A DNA stretch of 64,000 nucleotides. It comes from Tubulanus polymorphus (Eukaryota; Animalia; Nemertea). Positions 51,801-64,000 of this stretch are shown here, piece by piece. Position 1 is the stretch's first letter, and each line of letters starts with the position of its first letter. The DNA lies in assembly GCF_964204645.1 (NCBI RefSeq), contig NC_134029.1, positions 23,616,950 to 23,680,949 of the forward strand. The letters run 5' to 3'. The notes beneath the pieces were generated by a model that did not search any database, was not told the DNA's origin, and worked only from the letters and a program-made list of their open reading frames with translations. A program made the translations under genes and the position numbers.

Positions 51801-54800
51801 GGCGACTAAACGGTCGCAAGAGGACTCGCATTCGGATAGTGAAATTAAAAGAATGAGAACTGTTGATAACGATGAAGGCTATGATTGTAGTAGTTTGAGT
51901 AGTACGTGTAGCTCACCGTCTAATCTCGACAACGAACAAAAACAAAGTATTGGTGCTATTCGGAAGGTAATAGTTCCGATCATTTACCGCGACGTCCCTT
52001 ATTTTGAATCCTTTTCTCAAACTGTTTAATAATATAATATTAGATTAAGAAGATTCTCAAATAGTCCTAGTCATGCTCGGAAGCGAATCACTATTGAAAT
52101 ATTTACTCGTGATCCAATATTTATTTTATCTATTTGAGTTCGAATTCTATCTATGTCTCGGCTGCATATTTCGATGAGTTGTACGCGCTTTAAAATGAAA
52201 TGGATTTCGATGTACTTCCATTTCAGTGTCCGAAATGTGGCTTCTTTGAAGGAGAAATACGGACCGAGTCTTCCACATTGCCGTGCTCCGGTTGCATGGC
52301 TAAATTCTTCAAAACCGCAAATAACTCAAAAGTGGTAAGTCGCGACTATTGCAAATCAGGAACATTTTCCTGGCAGACATAAATTACTCGACTCAAATGA
52401 TAATTTACATATTGGTAAAAGTCTTGGACCCAGTTCCACAGTCGTGAGTTAAGATTTGACTCTGAGTTAAAACATTGAAAATGAATTTTAGAATTTCTAA
52501 TTTTAACTCAGAGTTAACTCTAATTCACAACTGTGGAACTGGGTCCTGTAGATTCCTGAATAAATGGTGTAAATTTGATGTAATTTTCAGCCGGAACAAA
52601 CGGAACCAGTTGATTTATCAGTTAAACCGACCGGTTTCAATAATTCTGCTCCACCGACGATATCGTCTTCCAATCCGATCGGGTGCCTCAATTTGACGAC
52701 GCGGACAGACGGAGACGGGGACCATCTTCACTCGTCACTTAGTTCGGTGAAAATCAACCAGATGGCGCTCATGTCGTTGCAACAAAAAATCAAAGAAAAC
52801 GAGGCAATATTACAACAGTAAGTTTATTTTTGATCAGGATCTTTGGTAAACATTTAACCCTATAGTGCTAGAGATAATTTGAAAATTATTAAAAATTCCA
52901 CCATAGTGTGTTGAATAACGGGAATACCACTATAGTGCGTCTACACCGCAGTGCGGTGTATCGTTAGTTACTAGTATTTCACTATGTTTGACAGGTGCTG
53001 CCATCTTTCAAGAGAGATGATTACTAATTGCATCAATACACCGCAGTGCGGTGTACTAACAAAATCTATCAAAGATTTATACACCGCACTGCGGTGTAGA
53101 CGCACTGAAAGGGTTAAACAGTTTGCAGTCATGTAATTCCTGGTCGCTTTGGAAGTGACTGTTTGATTTTTCAGCTTAAAAATCGTTTTTAATGCTTGGT
53201 CTACTTGAAATGACTAGAAACTATAACTAATATGTCAAGCACTTCGTGGTTCAAACAGAAAAGAGAGTTTAGGTCAAACCGGTTAAGGGTTAAGAGATTA
53301 AAAATGTTTTTGACGTTTTTCTTTGAGATGAGATGTTGTAGAAAGAATCACTTGATACTGATCAAATGTTTTTAGTGCTCAATTGAATCAGTTGTTGATG
53401 TAATATCAGTGAGTTATTCGATTAAAAACCACTTTAGTCAGAAACTGGATGCGCAATAATCATCCACAGCTGGACATCGTATTACTCATAATATTTGGAT
53501 GCGAATTCAAACTGACATGACTCACTGTTTGAAAGGCGTGGCACTTTTATTGTGACACCTAGATTCATTTGTAATTCATTTGAATTATTAGTAGTTGTAT
53601 AGAGATATTTACATCAAACATTGATGAATACTAACTAGCCATCATGAATGAACGAGGTGCTTGTCTTCTATCGCGATATAATCAATCAGATAATGTGTGA
53701 GTTCTAGAAGACTGTCGCCTGTGATAGGATACAATCATTACTGAAGAGATAATTATCCAGAACCGACTACAGTAAAACTTGCTTGAATCTAATTCTTCGA
53801 TCCAGATTTTTCACTTAATTCGCATGAAATCTTTGGTCCATTTGACCTGGAACCGTTTTAAATGATATTCACAATTCGGATTTTACTTAAATTAGAGAAT
53901 TCTGGGCGCAGTCCCTTGTCGTCCGATTGAAAGTGAGTTTTACTGTAGACTACTATTTGAGATTCGTTTCTACTCTTTTTAAGAACTCAGCTACTCCAGA
54001 AAATATCAAAATTCTCTCAAAATCGGAATAATTTCTACTTCATTTTCAATTGAACTACAACTATATTTCTAGTGTCAAAATATTCACTAGAAATAATTAC
54101 AATTAGCGCCACCTGTTCTGATTCTGATTCTCGGTTATTTCTTACAGACGAGAATCGAGCTCAAAGTTGAATCCGGATGACGACGATTGGCGGCGAAAAC
54201 GACGAATTCACAGATGTGATTATAACGGTTGTAATAAAGTTTATACGAAAAGTTCCCACCTGAAAGCTCACAGACGAACCCATACAGGTACAAAAAAACT
54301 GGGTTTTAAACAATGATTTTAGATTATTTATTTACTGGCTGCGGTTGCTTAGAACTTTAGGCTTAATCTATCATCATCGGCAAATCCGTCTAAAGAACCA
54401 AAAGGGAAATAATTGAGACTAAAGAAATCGCAGTCAGAATGCAGTGTACATTTATGTAAAATACCACTGATATTCAACACAAATTTGGTTCACTGAAGTT
54501 TTCCACCAAACTTCAGTTATACCTGAAAAAAGTAGAAGAATTTTTCACGAAACGTCGGTGTCCAAAATTTTAATGGATGAATCTTACTCTTTGGAGCGTT
54601 ATATTATGTAATGGAATACAATTTCTTATTGATTTGCCCCAAATGTTTGTTAAGACACTCACATCTTGGATCCACCCCTGATTGGTGATGAAGATAACTA
54701 AACAAAGTTTCTCTGCGGTTTCTCTCGATCTCAAAGATCTGATTTTTATTTTTTAAAGACGCGTTGGATGAAGTAATCTTGTAAATTTAGCTGCAAGGAT

Positions 54801-55461
54801 TGTTTAATTAATAATGGGTATGTGGGATGAGTTGAGAACCACTCCCTCCACTCCCCCACCCCTCAGCACCAATTTAATGGTTGAATAGTTTATTTGCTGT
54901 CTGTTCCATTTCATTATTGATTGGTAATCATAAAGTGACGATAACATGATATTCATGTACGAGTCAATGTATGCTGTATGTCGCAACATATTTCAGTCAC
55001 ATCATCAATTCAAAGATTTAAAGTTTCTTGATCGGGCAATGCCGGGTCATAGGTTCCTCTACATTACTGTACTGTGTCCTAGGGCAAGACACTAATCCTC
55101 TCCGCCCAGGAGCTATTGCGAACTCAATCCATTGAAGTATAGCTAGGATGTTAATTTTCCCCAGGGAGAGATGACTGATACACAGTCACAGATATGGACT
55201 AGGGGCATTCCAAGCATAAGTGTCGCTGATCTGTAGAATACGTTTAGAATTATTGAATCTGAAATATTATTATATGATAAATTTGTAGGTGAAAAGCCGT
55301 ATATTTGTACGTGGGAAGGTTGTAGTTGGAGATTTGCTCGTTCCGATGAATTAACTCGTCATTTCCGTAAACACACCGGCGACAAACCGTTCAAATGTCA
55401 TCTTTGCGAAAGAGCGTTTTCGCGTTCAGATCATTTAGCTCTTCATATGAAACGTCACTAG
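48851..55461 (+). CDS. KLF3/8/12: Krueppel-like factor, KLF3/8/12 subfamily
   Basis: In-frame exons 48851-48930, 50630-50717, 51463-51966, 52227-52334, 52591-52817, 54148-54287 and 55289-55461. CtBP motif EPVDLS; fingers [34 protein letters not shown]...[12 protein letters not shown]...[12 protein letters not shown]. The first two exons are less certain. Confidence 0.9.
52427..52545. mobile_element. Hairpin MITE family B
   Basis: gacccagttccacagtcgtgagtta...cacaactgtggaactgggtc. Confidence 0.8.
52858..53113 (+). mobile_element. piggyBac-like MITE, copy 4 (shortened left end)
   Basis: ttaa|ccctatagtgct ... gcactgaaaggg|ttaa. Confidence 0.85.
53770..53945. mobile_element. Tc1/mariner-like MITE
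   Basis: ta|cagtaaaact...agttttactg|ta; internal similarity to 45121-45301. Confidence 0.65.
55040..55240 (+). mobile_element. Degenerate CORE-type SINE fragment
   Basis: tgtgtcctagggcaagacact CORE-like motif. Confidence 0.45.
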
Positions 55462-55917
55462 CAGGTACGTTTACTCGCTAACTCCACATTTTGTCCGATT
55501 TTCCGCGGAATTTTGCCTTGATTTTCTCCAAATATCTTCTATCACGATCCGTTTGTTTTTGCATTTCAGATATTTTCGTGATTGCGGTCTGCTTCATTTA
55601 CATTTCCAGTTGTAGTTGACGGGTTGATAGCGTTTGATTGGTGTTCGCACAATGCTGCAGATCTTTGCACTGGCTTTTTGTACCATAGTACATTGTACTA
55701 GATAGTACGACAACAGCAACATCTACACAAATCATTGTACATTTTCTCTACTATTCTCAACTCAAATAGCAGCTGAGTTTCACATTTTCAATTAACTCAT
55801 ATAAAATGGAATTATATTTGAAGATCGAACTTATTTAGTTGCTGTTTGGGTTCTCTATTTAGATCACGCATGTAGAACTCAAAGTTACAGAAGTAATGCA
55901 CTTTACTTTTCTCGAGC

Positions 55918-56231
55918 AATAAGTAGATTTTAAGATAAAAACCCACTATCTACAGATTAAAAGAATTTTAAAACCAAGAATTTATTTATTCGAACAATCT
56001 AAAATATATGAAATACACAACGTTTAGATCTCACCCTAGAGATCATTGTTAGATGTGAACACCTACACACCTGATCTCTAGAGTGAGATCGAAACGTCGT
56101 GTATTCTATATATTTTAGATTGTTCGAATAAATTCTTGCTTTTAAAATTCTATAATCTGTAGATAGTGGGTTTTTATCTTATTATCCGTTCACCACTTTT
56201 GAGTGTGGTTATCGTTCTAATAAGTAGATTT
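55918..56231. mobile_element. Penelope-like inverted pLTR insertion in the putative KLF 3' UTR
   Basis: Arms at 55931-56181, 37-nt tail nearly identical to that at 35435-35474, TSD aataagtagattt; both hammerhead cores mutated. Confidence 0.8.
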
Positions 56232-59200
56232 CTTTTCTTATTTAGCAATCTTATGTGCTTTTAATTTATATGCATATATATATATATACATATACATGTA
56301 CCGGTATATGTATGTTATCATATGATTCATTATTATAATAATAATAATTATTATTATTATTATTATTAACAGATTTTACTTTGTTTATACCAATATAGCT
56401 GCTTTTCTGTACTTTTGATGATTTGTTAAAGATGAGTTTTTAGTTGTTTATATATAAATGTATATGATTACCGGTATGAGTACAGCCTGGGTGTGGTTGA
56501 TTTAATCTGATTTTTATGCAATCGGGTTTTTATTATTGTATATTGTCAGACATGCCAGATCATTGATAAATAGGTTGATAAGTAGGTGTGTAGACATGAA
56601 AAAAGAAGGGGTTGGGTTGACGATACTTGCCACGTGTGCTGGAAACGATATTGAAAATACAAGATAATATATGACAATTATCTGACCTCCTTCATGCTTG
56701 AATAGTCGCTTAGATAAAATCTTACATAATCAAGATTGAATATTTTAAAGAGGTTAAATCGATATTTGTGTCCCTGTCTATATACATGAGCGGTGTTGTT
56801 GAAAGTTTTACCCACAGCGAACAATGCCAGATGGGTTTAAAACTGATCGCTGATTCATTCAATTAAATTTGTCTTCCTTTTGTTTAATATGTACAGACAT
56901 ACTCGCCACGCAACTGCTGCCGACAAACAGTTATGATTAAAGCGACTTCCTTTAAAATTTATGTGCTGCTGATATCCTAAACTAGTAATAAAAGTATATT
57001 CTCTCGTGCTCATTTTAATATCATTCAATGCCGAGCTGTGATTTTCAAATAATATTCGTACATGTCAATTCAGATCATGGATAATAATGAGCTGCATCGA
57101 AGAGTGAACATTTTGAACATACACATGTTACCTGCTAAAATCTTTCTGTTATACTTATACTTAAACCGTTTTTTTTTTTAAAGAAATTTTTCTTGTTTTG
57201 GTTCATTATGATTTGCTGTTATTTGTGAATAATGACATTATTAATGTTAGATTCACTCGTATGTTTGTATGTTTATGTTTAATGATAAGAAAGTGCATTA
57301 TTTCTGTAATGGCAACGTTGAACTCTTCATTAAAACCGAGCTTAGTTTAAATACTGATCGGATCGATCAAATCTCTGTCAATTCCTGTTTAGGTCGTACG
57401 TAAATTCTTCAGAATTAACCGATAACTAAATTCAATCAAATGAAAATTCTCAGGAAAATCAATTATTTATTTCATGAGGAAATCGTATGTTGTACGTGCT
57501 GGTCAAGTAGGTCGAAAATGCTGGTATTCTCTGAAGTAGCGGATTGTAATTTTAGTTTCCTCCTTTTTGATACCGATATAGATGATAATAAGAATTGGTT
57601 GATGACAGATAGCTGTGATCACAATGGCAGGTACTCTCTGAAACGAGTGTAAATATATTCATTCTGTCCTTACGGTTTTATCTATGGTCTCTCTTCTGAC
57701 CGTAAGGTTAATAATCTTTTAAATAAATGGAATGCAGTTCTGCTGTAACTGTGGGTAGTACTGCGGTCCGTGAATACATCATAAGTCACTGATGTATTCC
57801 TATGACTGTTCTGAATATAATGATTTGTTGTTCCACTCCATAAAAATTTTTACAGTTTGTCCAACGATATAACAGTATAGTGATTCTTAATGCGTAGAAT
57901 AAACATATTTTCTCATCCTTAATACATTCATTTTCCATATATCTCGCATTCATTAAGGAATGGGTTAGTCGCACATATTGACCTCTCTTGAACCTGTCTC
58001 ACCGATAGCAGGTTCAGTTTTCATTATTATAGATTGTTTCGATGGATTAATCAGAGTTAAATAATCATTATTACACGCTAGAGATATTGTACAGAGTGTT
58101 TGTAAAAATGTCTTTGTTTCAGAAAACTGTCCCCGAGTGCGTGTTGCGTTTCTAAATGCGTTCAGTTGATTTGCTCATGCATGTCTCGAAGAATCAATAA
58201 GCCAATTTATATGGCTAAGGACAGGGATCGGGGCAGGTTTTTCCTATCGAGAAGATTTTGATTAATGTAAATACTTAACTGTAAATGTTTATAGTATAAT
58301 AATAATTTGATTATAACTGATTATAATGATAATTATTATAGACAAACAAATGGGATGAAAGATGACTTTTTGTCATTGATACATCACCAGTGCATATTTT
58401 ACTTAATTCTTCATATACATGATTCTAATGTAAGGGGTAGACCAATTGGTTTTGTTTTTATCGTTTGAAATAAACTGTGCTATTAACATGAGTGTCTTCA
58501 GTGAATTTGCAATAGATTGTAGCATACATAAAACGACTTAAAAATGACCATTCGGAACAAAGTTCAACAGTTGTTTATTGTCCTCAGTCGACTCTAGCGG
58601 ATCAATTCTCAATTGTTAAACTGAACTGTTTGTTGTTTTCTATTTCATGCATTATGTTATGGTTTGTACGCGTTTTGTGTTAATTATTTATGGCTCGTAT
58701 CGATTATTGAATTTGTGCAATAAAAAAAAACATTGCAAAAGTCTCAAGGTTTAATGAAGCCTACGTATAAATATAATGATTACTGGTATTACTCCTGTGT
58801 CTAACATGCACTAGTTTGATCCTAGCACTAACTATTTGCTTATAATCCAAATTAAGTAGCTATATTCATATTCAAGCAATTTATATCCAACTTTTGGTTC
58901 TGAAGTCTGAAAATATTTTGCCAACAACCATGTGATGACTGTTCACATGACAATGATACCATAATGATGATTTTTCCCTGTACAACTTCACTGTTTCATC
59001 ATAGTTTTATTTAGGTCTTCCACAAACCATTATGTGATGTACGTGTTTGATGTGTGTCAGTATTAAATAAATTAGACTGGAGATTAAAAATAAAATTTGA
59101 TTAAAAAATATCTATGAAGCTTATTGTGTTTTATATGTCTGATTTTCCGTATGGACTGTGTAGTTGAGGAGTTCCTGGTTATATGTAGTAGGTATGAGTT

Positions 59201-59299
59201 AAATCAGATTGATCGAAATGAATTCAAATTTCCCACAATTTCTCGAGGTCTCCGCAAAACTAATGCTGCCATCTGAAGTTGATTTGCAATATTAGAAAC

Positions 59300-59806
59300 A
59301 TGGCTGACAATAAACAAGAGAAAGATACCTGGCCTGAACTAGTTGGGAGGGTAAGTAAATGAATGCTATATATTTATGATGAATGTACATGTGCATGTAC
59401 TGTGTCCTTACATGTATAGTTAATGTACTGTATCTTCCACCATCTATTGCATTATAGAAAAACGTTACTAGACCTAATCATAGAATAAGAACACACCCCT
59501 ATGTACTGTACATGTATATATATGGTGTGTAAGTGAATCTAATTCTTCATTTTCAGCCATGGAAAGAAGCCGAGAATATAATTCGATCTTCGTACAAGAA
59601 TATAACAGTCAGTATGAGATGAATCGTACGGATCTTTTAAATGTATTCGTACGAATCATTAGCACGAATCATTAAATGCATTTTCTCTTCTTCAGATTCA
59701 AGTGTTATCCGAGAATTCACCGTGCACAATGGATTATTGCACGGAAAGAGTACGCATCATTATTGATGGTGATGGTAAAGTAGTGATACCACCGACTATT
59801 GGCTGA
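59300..59806 (+). CDS. Potato inhibitor I family (MEROPS I13, eglin C/CI-2-like) serine protease inhibitor, 70 aa, 3 exons
   Basis: Exons 59300-59350, 59557-59607 and 59696-59806 (all phase 0) give MADNKQEKDTWPELVGRPWKEAENIIRSSYKNITIQVLSENSPCTMDYCTERVRIIIDGDGKVVIPPTIG, with WPELVG, TMDY..RVRI and P.IG signatures; AATAAA near 60103. Confidence 0.9.
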
Positions 59807-60270
59807 GTGTCAACATCCTTCAATATCCATAATATGCAACGAACAACGTGTAACTGTATAATCTATTTGTCGCAATCCTCTGCGGTAGAATGTCACGGAA
59901 ATATCGAAGATGAAGTGGGTTCGCGCCTGTTGTGTCTAAGGGAAAGAGGAATTATTTCCTACCAGTCCACTAATGAAACGAGTTCCACTGACATAAGATT
60001 GAAACATCGAAAGAAATCTCAAGAATCTATTTTTGACAAATTTTACGACAGTTTTACTGTCTTCTTTATTGATTTATGGTAATTATTATGTTATAATTCT
60101 ATTAATAAAACGCAGTTCATTAAAACATGTTTCTTTGTGATTTATAAATGCAAGCGAGATTGATGAGAGCTAAAGCTACATAGATGTGTTGTTCACAGTA
60201 GTTCGTATTTGGTCCAGCCAAAACAGATTCTACAGAGAACCAGCTCTGTGAGTGAGTGATGTATCAAATT

Positions 60271-63200
60271 TCAGTTTAAACCCTGCCTCCACGACGGAAC
60301 CGCCCTAAAAAGAGAATAAAATAAGTGATCATTTAAATCAACAAAATATTGTAAAGCTAAATGTATGTCTACAAAATATATACATGTATCGATATGTACC
60401 TATGTGGCATCTGATAAACCTGACCAGTTTTATCAGATAGTTCCGTAGTTCTCTGTCGCTCTTTCCAACCTTCTGTTAATCGATATAAACGACTCGGATC
60501 TCTGGGCACAGCGATCTGCAGAATAATACAATAAAAATATCATCTATTTTAGGTAAACAAATATGTAATAGGAACTCGATGTCTGAACAGAGCTGCCCTG
60601 GTAGCTCAGTGGGATAAGGCGTGAGGCTGTTGCATTCACTATCAGCGCTGAGTTACAAGCGGGTTCCAGTCCTGTTTACTACTTACAGTGTGCAGGCAAC
60701 ACTGTAAAGCCTGTGGTTAGTTTACAATAGAAATCCAATGGGTGTTTTGAAAAATCAAGATTCGAATGACGTAAAGCAAAATAAACAAACGAACGATATT
60801 AAGGCTAATCGATCGATCACTATATTACCATCACTGGCCTCTTGAACAACAGCAAGAGAACAAACAACATCGACACTGACACCTTGCGAGTGAAGATTTT
60901 GTGTTGGAATTTTAAGCCCGATATGGGATCATTCATTTATTACATCGCATAAAATTTAGCTTTTTCAACCCCCCTCTGTACGCAAAATCGGCCATTTTTT
61001 CATATACATTAAGCATTACAGTACGCAATTGCACTGACCCCTCCCCCTAATGCGTACGTAATAAATGAATGACCCCTATTCGAAATTACCTTTTTTCTTG
61101 CTTTTTCTAATCGTTTTTGTTTTTCTTCTTCCTGTTCTTTCTTCGACTTCATTTTAGTAATTCTTTCATTTAGAATCTGGTCGTTCTAAGAAACAACAGA
61201 ACCCATTAATTTCATACCGGTTCCCGGGAACAAGTGAGGAATGGAACCATTCTCTGAATATACTCAACTCTTTCTTTAATCTTCCTCGCATTATCAGCCA
61301 ATTGTCTTTTCTTATCTCTTTCTTCTTCATCTTTTCTAAGTTCTGTATGTTGTTGTCGTATTTGATCTTCTAATTCTCTTTCTTTACGATATTCTTCAAC
61401 TTGAGCTTTAATCTTCGCCTGCGGTTTATAAAGATGAGTTAAAACAAATACGATAGATTCATTACTGACTTATCTCATACTTCCAGTTCAGCCATCATTG
61501 CCACTAGGAGTTATCTCACAGCTGATCCTTCTTAGTCGCTGTTTGTTATCGGCACACATGAATGACACATTTGATTGGCTGGCAATTTGAACAAACTATG
61601 TTTCATTGAGCAATGTATGAATATGTAATAGCCCTATTGCCAACTATGAGATAACTTGAAGTAGCAAGTTGGGGGAGGTGCACCGTATTCTCAAGGTGGC
61701 AGTAAACGCATAGTTGATACCTGTCTCTCTTTATCTTTTTCGCTATCTTTAGCCTTTTTAAGATCTTCCCTCAGCCTTTTTTCCTCTTTCTGCGCTTTCT
61801 CCAACTCTTTTTGCACCTGAAAAATCCGATCAAAATCAACTGATTTTAAAATCTTCCTGAATAAGATGATTATAAGCGAACTAGATTTAACGAACCTTCC
61901 ATGCGTTCAACCGAGCGAATCTTTCCTCTTTTTCGGCCTCGATTTGTTGTCGAAGCGTTTCCGCGCGTTTCCTCTCTGCCAGTTCTTCTGCCTCTTGTTC
62001 TTTCTCCACGTTCAGCAATTCCTCTTCTTTTTCTGCCTGCAACAAATCATTAAACAAACATCCATTGTCATACGAAAACAGGCATTCCTAAAGAATACTG
62101 AGTACATATCAGTCGTACTCACATCTTTAACTGATTTCCATTCTTGAATGGCTATTTTCTTTCTTTCATTAAAGTCCAAGTAGTCCAGATACCAGGTCTC
62201 GTGTTCAATAATCGATTCTTCTGTTTGTGTTGGTAAAGCAGGAATCAATTCTTTCAGGAAAATGGGTTTTCCCTACGATAAAAGAACGTGTTTTTATCAT
62301 AAAATCAATCGTCAGTAGATACCTGAATCGGGGACAGTAAGTTTGAGTAGACAGAATTTTACCTTGTATTTATTTCTGAATTTTAAGAATGTCTGGTGGT
62401 CGTACTCGTCCCATCCACCTTTATGGCCACCAGTTTGAGACAAGAATTTCTTAAAAAGAAATACATAGCAGTTGAAAAATGAACCTTACATATAACTACT
62501 ACAATCATTCTAGAATGAAGATAATTTCACCTCGAATGCAGCGACTGCCGGTGGCAAATCTTTCGTGACATCACGAGCTGACGTCAGTGGTTTTGATCGA
62601 TTAGTTTTAAGCGGTTCCGGAACTGGTAGAATCGACCATGTTTCAATTCGTTTTTCTAGAGCCGACACTTCTAACGCTGTAGTCCTTTCATCTGTCATCA
62701 ATTCATCATACCTGTTCAAAATATTTTACACGATAATTATGTCACATATGAAAAATCAACTATTTCTTCAAAACCAACCTCAAACGCTGCTGTTCTTTAA
62801 ATTGTGTTACACTCTGTTCAATGTCTTCCATGATGACCTTCAGTTTCTCAACAACTGTAAATTGATAAATCAGATCATAAGGTAAAACCTGCTTAATTCA
62901 ATACAGTAAAATCTGCTTAATTCAAAATAGTAAAATTTGCTTTATTCATCTTTATTTATTTATACGAACTTACATTCAGGAGTAGGTTTGATATCTTTCA
63001 ATTCTCTCTGAAACTTGCTGACGTTGTTTCTAATCTTATTCAGTTGTTGTTGTAACTTTATCTCTGAAATAGAAACAATTCACGATATAATCATTTCACT
63101 TTGATATCGATAAGGTCTCGAGATTTCAATAAACTCATGAGAAATTATTGATTTACTTTCGTTTTTTCGTTCGTCGTTCATTTTTAAATCCATTTCTTCC

Positions 63201-63465
63201 AACGGCATAAAATCTTTACGAAAATCATTTCTCTTATTGAAGATATGTGTCCCTCTTTCCTTCTCGAGATTTTTTACTCTATAATCGAAAACCAGGAATC
63301 ATTATACATGAAATGGAATAAGCACGTACATACCTCAGAAATATCAAGACAGCATCAAACTAATCGATCACGATGAATTACTCACTTGATTTCAAGCTGA
63401 TGAATTTCTTTGATCAATTCAAATTTCTTGCTTTGCTCCGTTTTATTGATTTTACTTGCGGCCAT
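60271..63465 (-). CDS. CCDC112: Coiled-coil domain-containing protein 112, multi-exon
   Basis: LPPAVAAFE|KFLSQTGGHKGGWDEYDHQTFLKFR, HETWYLDYLDFNERKKIAIQEWK, VPRDPSRLYR and C-terminal RAVPSWRQGL. Confidence 0.88.
60592..60795 (+). mobile_element. tRNA-derived SINE
   Basis: A box tagctcagtgg, B-box-like gggttccagtcc, and tail gacgtaaagcaaaataaacaaacgaac. Confidence 0.65.
60925..61076 (-). mobile_element. PIF/Harbinger-like MITE family A
   Basis: tat/tat TSD; TIR gggatcattcatttattac/gtaataaatgaatgacccc. Confidence 0.85.
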
Positions 63466-63543
63466 AGTTGATTTATCTTGAAAGCAAGAAAATACATGAA
63501 GCGCTTACTACTTTTTGTTCAAATTCAAATGTCGGTGCGATTC

Positions 63544-63845
63544 AAGAATAGGGGACTATAGCAATATATATGTAGTGATAGTAATCAAATTAGTGATAAT
63601 ATTAGTAATTGATAATGATGATATATTATGATAGTAATATATATATAGTAATTAATGAAGATTAGGGAACTAAACTTAACCCTAACCCATCAACGTCCCG
63701 TAGACCGCCTCACTACAACAATTAACTCAACTACTTTTTTTACCGCGCTACCCGTGCGCTAGTGGGGTCTCCAAACCTTCGGTTTGGTTCCCTAACCGCT
63801 ATCTCTAAACCTAACCCTAAACCTAACCACTAGTCCCCTATTCTT
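63544..63845. mobile_element. Element with 15-bp inverted ends and internal CCCTAA-like repeats
   Basis: aagaataggggacta ... tagtcccctattctt; internal cctaaccctaaacctaacc. Confidence 0.6.
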
Positions 63846-64000
63846 ATGATGATGACACCAAATATTTACAAAAGGTTTTTGTACATAGCTATTTTACTTT
63901 GAAGCTAATTTTAAAAGAAATTCTGACTAAGTTAACGTAACTTCATCAACATCTACTTCATCAGCAGAACGTCACACTGTCACGACTCGATTCTTCTTAT

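Noticed and set aside
54517-54562. Hammerhead-like ctgaaaa...cgaaacgtc
   Set aside because: Lacks the conserved G of CUGANGA and the stems pair poorly; at best a decayed remnant
60592-60675. Possible tRNA gene
   Set aside because: No acceptor-stem pairing or clean cloverleaf; it continues into a SINE-like body and tail

Overview
AT-rich, gene-dense genomic DNA from an invertebrate animal (short GT-AG introns, many MITEs; the lineage cannot be fixed from this window). I reconstructed about 13 spliced genes by eye: PRMT9 (-, runs off the left edge), UBL7 (+), SERINC (-), MARCHF2/3-like (+), a divergent pair of small related genes, one resembling SMRP1/SPMIP6 (-/+), an MCL1-like Bcl-2 gene (-), INTS14 (-), two convergent paralogous C2H2 zinc-finger genes, a KLF3/8/12-like gene (+), a 3-exon potato-inhibitor-I protease inhibitor missing from the ORF track (+) and CCDC112 (-). 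The most interesting non-genic signal is a set of fold-back insertions, each with inverted arms, a 30-40 nt tail and an 11-14 bp target duplication. They carry minimal Penelope-type hammerhead ribozyme cores, one of which is intact and in the sense direction of an INTS14 intron. Other highlights are a coding 30-bp minisatellite inside PRMT9, a 2.1-kb Mutator-like insertion splitting the PRMT9/UBL7 head-to-head promoter, and an inhibitor with a Cys-flanked reactive loop. Nothing prokaryotic (CRISPR, operons) is supported. Exon boundaries are manual and no database searches were run.
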